A stretch of 32,000 nt of DNA, taken from NCBI RefSeq assembly GCF_008065095.1, contig NZ_CP042911.1:1350001-1382000 (forward strand), read 5' to 3'. The notes beneath the pieces were generated by a model. That model did no database searches and was not told the origin of the DNA. It worked only from the letters and a program-made list of their open reading frames with translations. This DNA comes from Gemmata obscuriglobus (GTDB lineage: Bacteria > Planctomycetota > Planctomycetia > Gemmatales > Gemmataceae). Numbering within the stretch: the first letter of the stretch is position 1; every line of letters begins with the position of its first letter. Made by a program: the position numbers and the translations under genes. This document shows positions 16,541-25,988 of this stretch, piece after piece.

Positions 16541-16877
16541 TCGCTCACGCCCCGTGCCGCGCATCCGCGGAGCCCGTGCCACCGGTGCGACCGGGCGGAG
16601 CACCACCGAACCCGCGCGCCGTGCCCCGACCCATCGCAGGCCACCCACCACCGCACCTCGCGGCGATGAGCCGCGCCCGCCACCCACCGGCACCACGCGG
16701 AGCACCACCGACCCGCAATCACCGTGTCCCCGCCCGCACCCGGCCACGCCCAACCGCCACTCGCGGCGACGAGCCGCGCGGGCCACCGGCGGGCACCACG
16801 CGGAGCACCACACGACCGTCTGACCCGACGCGGACCACACCGTCAGCGCCGCACGCGCCCTCATGCGGCTTGGGGTG
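16541..16877 (-). repeat. ORF-less R-type cassette (2 modules)
   Basis: 337 bp; conserved head/tail and module hairpins. Confidence 0.7.
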
Positions 16878-16968
16878 GCCGAACATAAAGCTCACCTGCC
16901 CGGCCACGTCACAGGGAGCAACGCCATCCAGACCGCGCGGCCGGGTCAGGTGCAGCGCCGGGTTCGGC
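16878..16968 (-). repeat. attC: integron attC site, L-box variant
   Basis: L arms cacctgcccggcc / ggccgggTcaggtg changed compensatorily; 91 bp. Confidence 0.8.
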
Positions 16969-16976
16969 GTGCCTTG

Positions 16977-17360
16977 TCAGTCCCCGAAGCAGATCACTGC
17001 CCGGCTCAACTCCTGCGCCCGAGATGCCGCCCGCTCCCAAGCCGAGAGCAGCCGAAGGAACTCGGTCCGCGTGACCCGCCGATGCAGCACCGGGGCGACG
17101 GCGGTCTGCACGCTCCACGACTCCGGCTGCCCCTGCACCAGGCGGCGGGCCTCCGACAGCATCCGGGACAGGGCGAGCAGGTCCGGCCCGGCGAATAGGG
17201 CGTACCCGTACAGGTCGATGTACTGCCCGGTCTCGCCCGCCAGCCGTTCGAACAGCGGGTGCAGGAACCAGTAGTACCCGTCATCGCCCTCGAACCCGAG
17301 CGACGGCTCGGCCGGGTCGGATGGCTTGTGAAGCGCGTCACCGACTCCGATGTCGAGCAT
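16977..17360 (-). CDS. hypothetical cassette protein (127 aa)
   Basis: ATG 17360 with GGAGGGG upstream; own stop; acidic balanced protein. Confidence 0.7.
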   Translation of the reverse strand: MLDIGVGDALHKPSDPAEPSLGFEGDDGYYWFLHPLFERLAGETGQYIDLYGYALFAGPDLLALSRMLSEARRLVQGQPESWSVQTAVAPVLHRRVTRTEFLRLLSAWERAASRAQELSRAVICFGD

Positions 17361-17382
17361 CGCCCCTCCGCTGGCCTCCGCC

Positions 17383-17473
17383 GCCGAACAAATAGCTCAC
17401 CTGCACCGCCAGGATCGAATGAGCAATACAACCCAGATCAGATGGCGGTGTCAGGTGCAGCGCCGGGTTCGGC
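17383..17473 (-). repeat. attC: integron attC site
   Basis: R boxes + bulged L stem; 91 bp; identical to 14006-14096. Confidence 0.85.
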
Positions 17474-17479
17474 GTGCCT

Positions 17480-17785
17480 TTACTCGTCGTGGAACCACCG
17501 CCGCTCCTCGGCCGCGTACTCGGCGGCCAGACCGAACTCGGCCGGGCTGTGGCAGTGGTCCCCGAATAGATCGCACATGGCGATTCGCCACGCCCCGGCG
17601 TGGGTCATCAGGCCCCGCTCGGCCATCGGCTCGTAGTGGAACCGGGCGACCGCCCGCCGCATCGCCTCGCCCGACTCGACGCCGCCGACCCGGGCCAGCA
17701 CCCAAGCGTACAGCCGCTGCTCGGCCTCGAGATACGGGACGTACTCCTCGTCCGGCCACCAGTCGTCTGGTTGGGCTTCCGCCAT
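17480..17785 (-). CDS. hypothetical cassette protein (101 aa), second copy of 14103-14408
   Basis: translation identical to 14103-14408. Confidence 0.7.
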   Translation of the reverse strand: MAEAQPDDWWPDEEYVPYLEAEQRLYAWVLARVGGVESGEAMRRAVARFHYEPMAERGLMTHAGAWRIAMCDLFGDHCHSPAEFGLAAEYAAEERRWFHDE

Positions 17786-17802
17786 CCGCGCGCCCTCGGG
17801 TT

Positions 17803-17893
17803 GCCGAACGAACAGCTCACCTGCACCGCCATCACCGGATGAGCGGTGCGTCCCAAACCCGATGGCGGTGTCAGGTGCAGCGCCGGGTTCGGC
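17803..17893 (-). repeat. attC: integron attC site
   Basis: R boxes + bulged L stem; 91 bp; identical to 9757-9847. Confidence 0.85.
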
Positions 17894-17895
17894 TT

Positions 17896-18309
17896 CTATC
17901 GAGCTGCTGGGAAGTCCGAAAACGAAGCCGTCACGAACACCAGCGCGCCGTCCGCGGTTGAGCGGAAGCCCAGCAGCATCGTACCCGTTGGCGTGTCAAT
18001 TACGCCCAGGTGGTACACCAGTTCCTCGGAAAGCAGGTGATAACCACTGGCCCCATTCCGGACGACCGACACACGGTACCCACCGACCAGAGCCGGCTGA
18101 TGTCGGAGGAGCCAATCGACTGTTCCCGCGTCCCCGCGGAGCAGCGGCTCGACGGCCAGCGCGGTGCGATCGGACGCGACAACCGCAGCGGCCACGCGCT
18201 CTGTTGCCGCGATGGCTTCAGGTGGGGCGGCGGAGCGCTGACGAACCGCCACGACGGCCACGACCGAGAGGGTGGTGGCAACCGCCAGGACCGCGACGCG
18301 GGATCGCAT
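17896..18309 (-). CDS. exported or membrane-anchored cassette protein (137 aa), second copy of 9850-10263
   Basis: translation identical to 9850-10263. Confidence 0.7.
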   Translation of the reverse strand: MRSRVAVLAVATTLSVVAVVAVRQRSAAPPEAIAATERVAAAVVASDRTALAVEPLLRGDAGTVDWLLRHQPALVGGYRVSVVRNGASGYHLLSEELVYHLGVIDTPTGTMLLGFRSTADGALVFVTASFSDFPAAR

Positions 18310-18327
18310 TCTTGCGCCCTCTGGGTT

Positions 18328-18417
18328 GCCGAACATAAAGCTCACCTGCACCGCCCGTCTCGATGAGCAGTGCGTTCCGAATCAGCCGGCGGTGTCAGGT
18401 GCAGCGCCGGGTTCGGC
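18328..18417 (-). repeat. attC: integron attC site
   Basis: R boxes + bulged L stem; 90 bp. Confidence 0.85.
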
Positions 18418-18912
18418 GTCTTGGCCAACTGCAACCGTGAACGCCGCGTGCATCTCCTCGGCCAAGTTCACCAGCGGACGCCATTGCTCCGGCCAGTCGG
18501 ACCACCATTGGAACCGCCATCCGGAGTACAAGTCCCCGTTCACCGCTAACTCGTACAACGTGCCGTCGGCCCCGCCGTACCCGCTCAAGTCCGGGCAAAG
18601 CGGGAGGGTGAGGGCGGTGACACGCTCGAAGTACGCGGCGACTGCGGTCGACGGCAGCGGCACCACGTCGTGCCCGGTCACCAACAGCGCCGGCTCCGAC
18701 GAGACGACCCGCGGCCGGATCAGTTGCCACTCCTGGCCGCGCTGGGCACCCCACACCTGCCGCACGTCCCACACTGACGGCATCTCGAACGACGGGGAGA
18801 CAATGAGCTGCAGCCGCCGCATACCGATGCCGCGTGCGTGCGGGTCGCTGTACGCTGGTCGCGGCTGGGTGCGAACCCGCGCCCAGTCGGCCTCGTCGGC
18901 CTGCCGCAGCAT
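18382..18912 (-). CDS. hypothetical cassette protein (176 aa), intact copy of pseudogene 5083-5613
   Basis: ATG 18912 (an alternative GTG at 18939 follows GAGGG); uninterrupted frame; ends in attC (AEPGAAPDTAG). Confidence 0.65.
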   Translation of the reverse strand: MLRQADEADWARVRTQPRPAYSDPHARGIGMRRLQLIVSPSFEMPSVWDVRQVWGAQRGQEWQLIRPRVVSSEPALLVTGHDVVPLPSTAVAAYFERVTALTLPLCPDLSGYGGADGTLYELAVNGDLYSGWRFQWWSDWPEQWRPLVNLAEEMHAAFTVAVGQDAEPGAAPDTAG

Positions 18913-18957
18913 TAGCTCTCGCGCCCGGCGATTCCCCACCCGTCGTGCCCTCTGGTT

Positions 18958-19049
18958 GCCGAACAATGAAGCTCACCTGCACCGCCATCACCCGATGAGC
19001 GATGCGTCCCCAATCAGCTGGCGGTGTCAGGTGCAGCGCCGGGTTCGGC
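18958..19049 (-). repeat. attC: integron attC site
   Basis: R boxes + bulged L stem; 92 bp (6-nt R'-side spacer aatgaa). Confidence 0.85.
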
Positions 19050-19058
19050 GTCTACGGC

Positions 19059-19256
19059 TTAGCAGTTGATGCCAACTCCGAGCCACCCGGCAATCAGCCA
19101 CAGAACGGCGGCCAGCGCGGCCAGTACGAGCGACCACGGTCGCGGCCGGACGATGGCGGAAGCAAATGCCGTCGCGCACAGCACCAGTAGGACGGCTCCC
19201 CAAAACTGGTTCTCGCGGGAAGAGTCCAACACCAGCGTCAGCGGTCCGAACAGCAT
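19059..19256 (-). CDS. small hydrophobic membrane cassette protein (65 aa)
   Basis: GGAGG 5 nt upstream of ATG 19256; WGAVLLVLCATAFASAIV and WSLVLAALAAVLWLIAGWLGV helices; own stop. Confidence 0.55.
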   Translation of the reverse strand: MLFGPLTLVLDSSRENQFWGAVLLVLCATAFASAIVRPRPWSLVLAALAAVLWLIAGWLGVGINC

Positions 19257-19288
19257 CCACGCCTCCGCGAGCCGAGGGGCCTTCCGCC

Positions 19289-19378
19289 GCCGAACAACAA
19301 GCTCACCTGCACCGCCAGGATACAGTGAGCGACACAACTATGGCCGATGGCGGTGTCAGGTGCAGCGCCGGGTTCGGC
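19289..19378 (-). repeat. attC: integron attC site
   Basis: R boxes + bulged L stem; 90 bp; identical to 6114-6203. Confidence 0.85.
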
Positions 19379-19833
19379 TCACTGACCTCCGCGGTTCCGG
19401 GCGACACGCGCCGCACCGCGGCTCCGCGGAGCCCGTGCCACCGGTGCGGCCGGGCGGAGCACCCCCAACCCGATGCGCCGTGTCGCGACACATCGGAGGC
19501 CACCCACCACCGCCACCCGCGGCGATGAGCCGCGCCCGCCACCTACGGGCGCCACGCGGAGCACCACCGACACGAACCGCCGTGTCCCCACCCGCGCCCG
19601 GCCACGCCCAACCACACCTCGCGGCGGCGAGCCGCGCCAGACCCGATCGGCACCACGCGGAGCGCCACCGAACCGACACGCCGTGTCCGCACCCGCCACC
19701 GGCCGCGCCCACCGCACCTCGCGGCGACGAGCCGCGCCACACACCCACGGGCACCACGCGGAGCCCGACCCTCGGGATTCACCTTCGCGGACCACACGCC
19801 CACCGCCGCACGCGCGATCGAGCAACTCGGGTG
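19379..19833 (-). repeat. ORF-less R-type cassette (3 modules)
   Basis: 455 bp; identical to 6204-~6610 up to ~19785, then a different tail. Confidence 0.7.
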
Positions 19834-19924
19834 GCCGAACAAACAGCTCACCTGCACCGCCATGATGCAGGATGCGGTGCGTCGCAGTTCAGCGGGCGGT
19901 GTCAGGTGCAGCGCCGGGTTCGGC
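19834..19924 (-). repeat. attC: integron attC site
   Basis: R boxes + bulged L stem; 91 bp. Confidence 0.85.
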
Positions 19925-20360
19925 TTCTGCGCGGGCCGTTGCGGTTCCGCGGAGCCCGCGCTCGTACCGCGGATCCGCGGAGCCACCACCGACACCCACC
20001 ACCGTGTCCCGGCCCACCGAGGGCCACACACCACCGCACCTCGCGGCGATGAGCCGCGCCCACCACCGACCCGTATCGGCGGAGCACCACCGACCCGCAA
20101 TCACCGTGTCCCCACCCGCACCCGGCCACGCCCACCCGCACCTCGCGGCGGCGAGCCGCGCCAGCACCCACGGGCACCACGCGGAGCATCACCGACCCGA
20201 CCCGCCGTGTGCCCACCCGCACCCGGCCACGACCACCGCACCTCGCGGCGATGAGCCGCGCCAGTTACCACCGGCACCACGCGGAGCACGACACGCGGGG
20301 TTCACTCACGCGAACCACACCGTCAGCGCCACCGCACCCGCGATCGAGCGGCTTGGGGTT
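19925..20360 (-). repeat. ORF-less R-type cassette (3 modules)
   Basis: 436 bp; three cgcggcgRYgagccgcg hairpin modules. Confidence 0.7.
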
Positions 20361-20450
20361 GCCGAACGAACAGCTCACCTGCACCGCCCCTCCAAGGGAG
20401 CGGTGCGTCCCGAATCCGCGGGCGGTGTCAGGTGCAGCGCCGGGTTCGGC
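20361..20450 (-). repeat. attC: integron attC site
   Basis: R boxes + bulged L stem; 90 bp. Confidence 0.85.
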
Positions 20451-20786
20451 TCGCTCACGTCCGCGCCACGCATCCGCGCGAGCCCACCCACCGGTGCGTG
20501 CGAGCGGAGCCACCACCGACCCGCACCACCGTGTCGCGGCCCACCGGAGGCCACCCACCACCGCACCTCGCGGCGATGAGCCGCGCCAGACACCCACGGG
20601 TACCACGCGGAGCACCACCGACCCGAACCGCCGTGTCCCCACCCGCCACCGGCCACGCCCACCGCACCTCGCGGCGGCGAGCCGCGCCAGACCCGATCGG
20701 CACCACGCGGAGCCCGATGCACGAGACTCACCATCGCGGACCACACGCCCACCACCGCCGCACGCGCGCTCCTGCACGCGATGGTG
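20451..20786 (-). repeat. ORF-less R-type cassette (2 modules)
   Basis: 336 bp; conserved head/tail and module hairpins. Confidence 0.7.
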
Positions 20787-20877
20787 GCCGAACATAAAGC
20801 TCACCTGCACCGCCATCATACAGTGAGCAACAGAACGCAGATTCGATGGCGGTGTCAGGTGCAGCGCCGGGTTCGGC
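20787..20877 (-). repeat. attC: integron attC site
   Basis: R boxes + bulged L stem; 91 bp. Confidence 0.85.
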
Positions 20878-21233
20878 TCGCTGACCTCCGCGGTTTCGGG
20901 CGACACGCCGGGCGCCGCGCATCCGCGGAGCCCGCGCCCCGGTGCGGCCGAGCGGAGCGGCACCGACCCGACCCACCGTGTCGCGGCCCACCGCCGGCCA
21001 CCCACCACCGCCACCCGCGGCGATGAGCCGCGCCTGCCACCCACGGGCACCACGCGGAGCGCCACCGACCCGAACCACCGTGTCCCCACCCACACCCGGC
21101 CACGCCCAACCACACCTCGCGGCGGCGAGCCGCGCCAGACCCGATCGGCACCACGCAGAGCCCGACCCGCGGGGTTCAACCCACGCGGACCACACGCCTT
21201 CCGCCGCACGGGCGCTCCTGCGCCCTCGGGGTT
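20878..21233 (-). repeat. ORF-less R-type cassette (2 modules)
   Basis: 356 bp; conserved head/tail and module hairpins. Confidence 0.7.
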
Positions 21234-21324
21234 GCCGAACGAACAGCTCACCTGCACCGCCATCATCGGATGAGCGATGCGTCCCGGAACAGCGGGCGGT
21301 GTCAGGTGCAGCGCCGGGTTCGGC
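21234..21324 (-). repeat. attC: integron attC site
   Basis: R boxes + bulged L stem; 91 bp. Confidence 0.85.
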
Positions 21325-21682
21325 TCGCTGACCTCCGCGGTTCCGGGCCATGCGCCGAGCTACGCGGATCCGCGGCGCCCGTGCCACCGGTGCGGCCGAG
21401 CGGAGCCACCGCCGACCCGATGCGCCGTGTCGCGGCCCACCGCCGGCCACCCACCACCGCACCTCGCGGCGATGAGCCGCGCCGGCCACCCACGGGCACC
21501 ACGCGGAGCACCACCGACCCGCACCACCGTGTCCTCACACACCAAGGGCCACCCCAACCGCACCTCGCGGCGGCGAGCCGCGCCCGCCCCGATCGGCACC
21601 ACGCGGAGCCCGACCCGCGGGCGTCACCCACGCGGACCACACGCACACCGCCACCGCACGCGCGCTCATGCGGCTTGGGGTG
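21325..21682 (-). repeat. ORF-less R-type cassette (2 modules)
   Basis: 358 bp; conserved head/tail and module hairpins. Confidence 0.7.
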
Positions 21683-21773
21683 GCCGAACATTGAGCTCAC
21701 CTGCACCGCGCCCTCCAAGGGAGCGATGCCATCCAAACTACATGGCGGTGTCAGGTGCAGCGCCGGGTTCGGC
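21683..21773 (-). repeat. attC: integron attC site
   Basis: R boxes + bulged L stem; 91 bp. Confidence 0.85.
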
Positions 21774-21784
21774 GGCCTTGCGCC

Positions 21785-21869
21785 GGGACCACAGCCGCCG
21801 CGCCACGGCGGCGGTGCTGCGACGCGACACCAATCACGCGGTTGGGTCCGGTGCAGTGTCGGGTTCGGC
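21785..21869 (-). repeat. degenerate (relic) attC lacking a recognisable R' half
   Basis: ggtccggtgcagtgtcgggttcggc (R''/L'' arm) and loop gcgacgcgacacc resemble the 15896/25014 attC subtype; no GCCGAAC partner. Confidence 0.5.
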
Positions 21870-22151
21870 CGGCTTGCGCCACTTGCGGACCACAGTGGCC
21901 TTACGAGCCCGCTTGGACGCCTTACGAGCGGCCTGCTTGGTAGCCAAAGTGGCGTCGGCCTCCGCCTCCGTCGGGATCGTCCGTTCGGTGACGATCGCGT
22001 GCCAGCCGCCGCAGTCCGGGAGCGTGCAACCGCACACGATCCCGACGACCGGATGGCGGGTCAGCCCCTCACGACGTCGGCGCGCGTTCGTCCGGTGCTC
22101 GCTCTTGACGAGGTCGATGATGGCGTCTCGTTTCATGAGCTTACCAGCCAT
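21834..22151 (-). CDS. hypothetical basic cassette protein (105 aa)
   Basis: ATG 22151, 21 nt from attC; ends inside the relic attC with tail AEPDTAPDPTA. Confidence 0.55.
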   Translation of the reverse strand: MAGKLMKRDAIIDLVKSEHRTNARRRREGLTRHPVVGIVCGCTLPDCGGWHAIVTERTIPTEAEADATLATKQAARKASKRARKATVVRKWRKPAEPDTAPDPTA

Positions 22152-22172
22152 CGCGCCCCCTGTGCCTCTCTC

Positions 22173-22263
22173 GCCGAACATAAAGCTCACCTGCACCGCC
22201 ATGATGCAGGATGCGGTGAGTCCCGAATCAGCGGGCGGTGTCAGGTGCAGCGCCGGGTTCGGC
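22173..22263 (-). repeat. attC: integron attC site
   Basis: R boxes + bulged L stem; 91 bp. Confidence 0.85.
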
Positions 22264-22821
22264 CTCTTGTGTGTCGATGACGCCCTCGGTCGGGTGATAC
22301 GCATACCGGCCAGATTCTAGGGCTGTTGCGTACTGCTCCAACCACGCGGCAAACCCACTGGCAACCACCCGCACGGGTCCAACCTCGTGATCGAACCAAA
22401 TGATCTGCCCAACCTTCCCACCCGGTGCGGGGTCCAAATCGACACAGAAGTGATTGCCCGACCCCGCATCGGTGACCGGGAGCCACTGTGAGTTCCAGTG
22501 GACTGGCTTGATTGGCCCTTCTGGTTCGGAACCCATTTCTGCGAACCAACCCTCAGCCGCCACTTCTTGCCATCGTAACCACTCGCCTTCGATGGCCTGA
22601 ATCGTCGCTAGCGCACCGCCACCATGTGGGAACATCCACAAGCCCCAGCTCCCATCGTGGACTTTGTACGACTGCTCCATCTCCGGCGGAAGTCGAAGGC
22701 CGGTCGCGTCCTCCAAGTGGTTGATGTGACGGTTCGATGCTGCTGGTCGAATACCCGCTAGTTCTTCCGGCGCATGTTGTTGGAGCCACGCTTCGATTCT
22801 TCTCCACGCCGCCTCTACCAC
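22228..22821 (-). CDS. SMI1/KNR4 (SUKH) family cassette protein (197 aa)
   Basis: WRRIEAWLQQHAPE...LRLPPEMEQSYKVHDG...GNHFCVDLDP...GQIIWFDHE pattern typical of SMI1/KNR4; GTG 22821; ends in attC. Confidence 0.8.
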   Translation of the reverse strand: MVEAAWRRIEAWLQQHAPEELAGIRPAASNRHINHLEDATGLRLPPEMEQSYKVHDGSWGLWMFPHGGGALATIQAIEGEWLRWQEVAAEGWFAEMGSEPEGPIKPVHWNSQWLPVTDAGSGNHFCVDLDPAPGGKVGQIIWFDHEVGPVRVVASGFAAWLEQYATALESGRYAYHPTEGVIDTQEAEPGAAPDTAR

Positions 22822-22837
22822 CGCGCGCCCTCGGGTT

Positions 22838-22928
22838 GCCGAACGAACAGCTCACCTGCACCGCCATCACCGGATGAGCGATGCGTCCCAGAACAGATGG
22901 CGGTGTTAGGTGCAGCGCCGGGTTCGGC
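22838..22928 (-). repeat. attC: integron attC site
   Basis: R boxes + bulged L stem (ggtgttaggtg variant); 91 bp. Confidence 0.85.
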
Positions 22929-22935
22929 AAAATAC

Positions 22936-23325
22936 CTACACTTCGCGCAAGGTGCTCGCGTCTGCGTGCCACCGTAAGTCGGATGCGCCCGGCCACTCCC
23001 CGACCGCCTCTTCTAGGATGGGATGAACCACCGCCGCAACGGCCGGCGAGTCCAACTGCTTGCAATGGGCGTCGTTGAGGACAATGAACCACCGGTTCGG
23101 GCGGAAGCCGCATAACACGAGGACTACCACGAACTCCTGGTCTTGACCTCGAGCGAGGAACTCCCAGTCCTGCATACCAACATACTGGCACGCTTCAAAG
23201 TCGATCTCGTAACCGCGCGCTTCAAGTACCGCAGCCAACCGCTGGGAAAGGGCGTCCGCCGCTGGCGACCACTCGGAGACGTTGTCTCGCTCGGCCGTCC
23301 GAAATGAGAGGAATCGCTGCCCCAT
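22936..23325 (-). CDS. hypothetical cassette protein (129 aa) in an AT-richer cassette
   Basis: ATG 23325; own stop; normal composition; visibly lower GC than neighbours. Confidence 0.7.
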   Translation of the reverse strand: MGQRFLSFRTAERDNVSEWSPAADALSQRLAAVLEARGYEIDFEACQYVGMQDWEFLARGQDQEFVVVLVLCGFRPNRWFIVLNDAHCKQLDSPAVAAVVHPILEEAVGEWPGASDLRWHADASTLREV

Positions 23326-23344
23326 CCGAGCGCCGCCCTCCGCC

Positions 23345-23435
23345 GCCGAACATAAAGCTCACCTGCACCGCGACGTCCCGAGCCGCGATGCGTCCCGAAT
23401 CAGCGGGCGGTGTCAGGTGCAGCGCCGGGTTCGGC
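23345..23435 (-). repeat. attC: integron attC site
   Basis: R boxes + bulged L stem; 91 bp. Confidence 0.85.
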
Positions 23436-23670
23436 GCGCTGCCGTCCGCGGTTCGCTTCTGCGCCCTTGCGCACGCGGCTGTGCGGAACCCGCGCCGGCG
23501 CCGCGCATCCGCCGTGCCCGAGACCGCGACGCGCGCGGTGCCGTGCGGCCCGCCGCTGCATCTCAACCAGGGCCGCGGCGACACCCGCCACCTCGTGCGA
23601 CACAACCGTCTACCGTTATGCGGACCACACGCCTACCGCCGCCGCACGCGCATTCATGCACGCGATGGTT
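23436..23670 (-). repeat. short, degenerate R-type cassette (about 1 module)
   Basis: 235 bp; R-type head (gctgccgtccgcggtt) and tail (gcggaccacacgcc...gcacgcgc...) but divergent middle. Confidence 0.55.
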
Positions 23671-23761
23671 GCCGAACATGAAGCTCACCTGCACCGCCAC
23701 CACCGGATGAGCGGTGCGTCCCGAATCCGCGGGCGGTGTCAGGTGCAGCGCCGGGTTCGGC
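23671..23761 (-). repeat. attC: integron attC site
   Basis: R boxes + bulged L stem; 91 bp. Confidence 0.85.
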
Positions 23762-24117
23762 TCGCACGCCTCCGCGGTTCCGGGCGACACGCCGAGCTTG
23801 GCGCATCCGCGAAGCCCGCGCACCCGATGCGGCCGGGCGGAGCACTACCGAGCCCGTGCATCGTGTCGCGGCTCACCGGAGGCCACGCCCAACCGCACCT
23901 CGCGGCGCCGAGCCGCGCCCGCGACCACCGGCACCACGCGGAGCACCACCGACCCGAAACGCCGTGTTCCCACGCGCCCACGGCCACGACCACCCGCACC
24001 TCGCGGCGACGAGCCGCGCCAGCACCGACCGGCACCACGCGGAGCCCGACGCGCGAGGTTCACCCACGCGGACCACACGCCACCGCCGCCGCACGCGCGC
24101 TCATGCACGCGAGGGTT
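23762..24117 (-). repeat. ORF-less R-type cassette (2 modules)
   Basis: 356 bp; conserved head/tail and module hairpins. Confidence 0.7.
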
Positions 24118-24208
24118 GCCGAACATAAAGCTCACCTGCACCGCCATCACCGGATGAGCGGTGCGTCACAAGTCAGCGGGCGGTGTCAGGTGCAGCGCCG
24201 GGTTCGGC
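24118..24208 (-). repeat. attC: integron attC site
   Basis: R boxes + bulged L stem; 91 bp; identical to 11783-11873. Confidence 0.85.
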
Positions 24209-24566
24209 TCGCACGCCTCCGCGGTTCCGGGCGACACGCCCCGCGCCGCGCATCCGCGGAAGCCCGCCCACCGTCGCATCCGCGGAGCCACCACCGACAC
24301 CCCCCACCGTGTCGCGGCACACCGAGGGCCACCCACCACCGCACCTCGCGGCGATGAGCCGCGCCGACCACCCACGCGCACCACGCGGAGCACCACCCAC
24401 CCGCATCACCGTGCCGCCGCACACCGGAGGCCACGACCAACCGCACCTCGCGGCGATGAGCCGCGCCCGTCGCACTCGGGCACCACGCGGAGCCCGACCC
24501 GCGGGGTTCACCCACGCGGACCACACCGTCAGCGCTGCCGCACCCGCGATCGAGCGCCTCGGGGTT
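24209..24566 (-). repeat. ORF-less R-type cassette (2 modules)
   Basis: 358 bp; head identical to 11874-~11948. Confidence 0.7.
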
Positions 24567-24657
24567 GCCGAACGAACAGCTCACCTGCACCGCCATCACA
24601 CGATGAGCGGTGCGTCACAATACAGCGGGCGGTGTCAGGTGCAGCGCCGGGTTCGGC
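24567..24657 (-). repeat. attC: integron attC site
   Basis: R boxes + bulged L stem; 91 bp. Confidence 0.85.
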
Positions 24658-25013
24658 TCGCTGCCGTCCGCGGTTCCGGGCGACACGCCGAGCGCCGCGC
24701 ATCTGCGGATGCCCGCGGCACCGGTGCGACCGGGCGGAGTGCTACCGACTCGATGCGCCGTGTCCCGGCCCATCGAGGGCCACGCCCACCGCTACACGCG
24801 GCGACGAGCCGCGCCCCTACCCACGGGCACCACGCGGAGCGCCACCGACCCGAACCGCCGTGTCCCCACACACCGCCGGCCACGCCCAACCGCACCTCGC
24901 GGCGACGAGCCGCGCCAGCACCGACCGGCACCACGCGAAGCCCGACACGCGAGACTCACCACCGCGGACCACACGCTCAGCGCCGCCGCACGCGCCCTCA
25001 TGCCCTCGGGGTT
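24658..25013 (-). repeat. ORF-less R-type cassette (2 modules), copy 3 of 3
   Basis: 356 bp; same as 6754-7109. Confidence 0.7.
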
Positions 25014-25104
25014 GCCGAACGAACAGCTCACCTGCCGCGGGGCACCGCGACACGGTCCAGAAACAACGCACTATACCGCGGTCAGGTGCAGCGCCGGGTT
25101 CGGC
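25014..25104 (-). repeat. attC: integron attC site, L-box variant
   Basis: L arms gctcacctgccgcgg / ccgcggtcaggtgcagc; loop gcaccgcgacacggtc; 91 bp. Confidence 0.8.
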
Positions 25105-25108
25105 TCGC

Positions 25109-25477
25109 TCACCCGGGCATCCAGTCGGCAACGCCCTCGCGGACGGCCCACTCGGCGGCGGTATACCCGAACTCGGACCGGATGTTCGCTCGCGCCCCGG
25201 CCCGCACCAGCACCGCCACCATCGGCCGGTCCAGAAGCCGGAGTGCGACGTGCAACGGGGTGTCACCCATGTCCCCAGTCGCGTCCACGTCCGCCCCGGC
25301 CGCGATTAGGACGGCCGCACCGGCCGCGTCCCGCCGCCAGGCCAAGACGTGCAGCGGGGTGTCACCGTCTGCCCCATGACTGTCGAGGGCGACGGCACGC
25401 TCGCCCGATTCGGCCGGGAACAGAACGTCGGACACCGATGCCAGAACCTCCGCCACGGCTCGTGGTGCCGACTCCAC
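25109..25477 (-). CDS. ankyrin-repeat cassette protein (122 aa)
   Basis: DGDTPLHVLAWRRDAAGAAVLIAAGADVDATGDMGDTPLHVALRLLDRPMVAVLVRAGA; GTG 25477 8 nt after AGAGGG (start uncertain). Confidence 0.75.
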   Translation of the reverse strand: MESAPRAVAEVLASVSDVLFPAESGERAVALDSHGADGDTPLHVLAWRRDAAGAAVLIAAGADVDATGDMGDTPLHVALRLLDRPMVAVLVRAGARANIRSEFGYTAAEWAVREGVADWMPG

Positions 25478-25495
25478 TCCGTGTGCCCTCTGGTT

Positions 25496-25586
25496 GCCGA
25501 ACAAAGAGCTCACCTGCACCGCCACCATCGGATGAGCGGTGCGTCCCAAGTCAGCCGGCGGTGTCAGGTGCAGCGCCGGGTTCGGC
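25496..25586 (-). repeat. attC: integron attC site
   Basis: R boxes + bulged L stem; 91 bp. Confidence 0.85.
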
Positions 25587-25593
25587 TCTGTCC

Positions 25594-25971
25594 TCAGCGC
25601 GGTCGGCGCATGACGACGAGAGTGCGTCCTCCGCTCGCGGTGTCCAAGCTCACGACCAGTTGAGCGTAGGCCGGGGCGCCCTGCAGCCGTACTTCTTCGA
25701 TCACTGTGCCGTCGTCGTCCTGTGCCCGACAGATCATCGACCCACCTGGCCCGAGACATGAACCGCCGGCAAGGGATTTGCGGTATGGTCCCGGCAATCG
25801 GGGCGGGGCCACGACCTCCCACCCATCGTATCCGGCCACGACGGCTTCCAGGGAGACGAACGGTCGCTCCTGTCGTGTGGCCGATTCCGCGTGCCGGCCC
25901 CAGGGTGACAGCCAATAACCGGCACACCCCGCACCGAGTAACACGACGACCACAAGCCACCGCACCCGCAT
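25594..25971 (-). CDS. putative exported protein or lipoprotein cassette protein (125 aa)
   Basis: MRVRWLVVVVLLGAGC signal-like N-terminus with Cys; ATG 25971 with GGAAGGGGG upstream; own stop. Confidence 0.7.
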   Translation of the reverse strand: MRVRWLVVVVLLGAGCAGYWLSPWGRHAESATRQERPFVSLEAVVAGYDGWEVVAPPRLPGPYRKSLAGGSCLGPGGSMICRAQDDDGTVIEEVRLQGAPAYAQLVVSLDTASGGRTLVVMRRPR

Positions 25972-25988
25972 CCGATCCCCCTTCCGGT

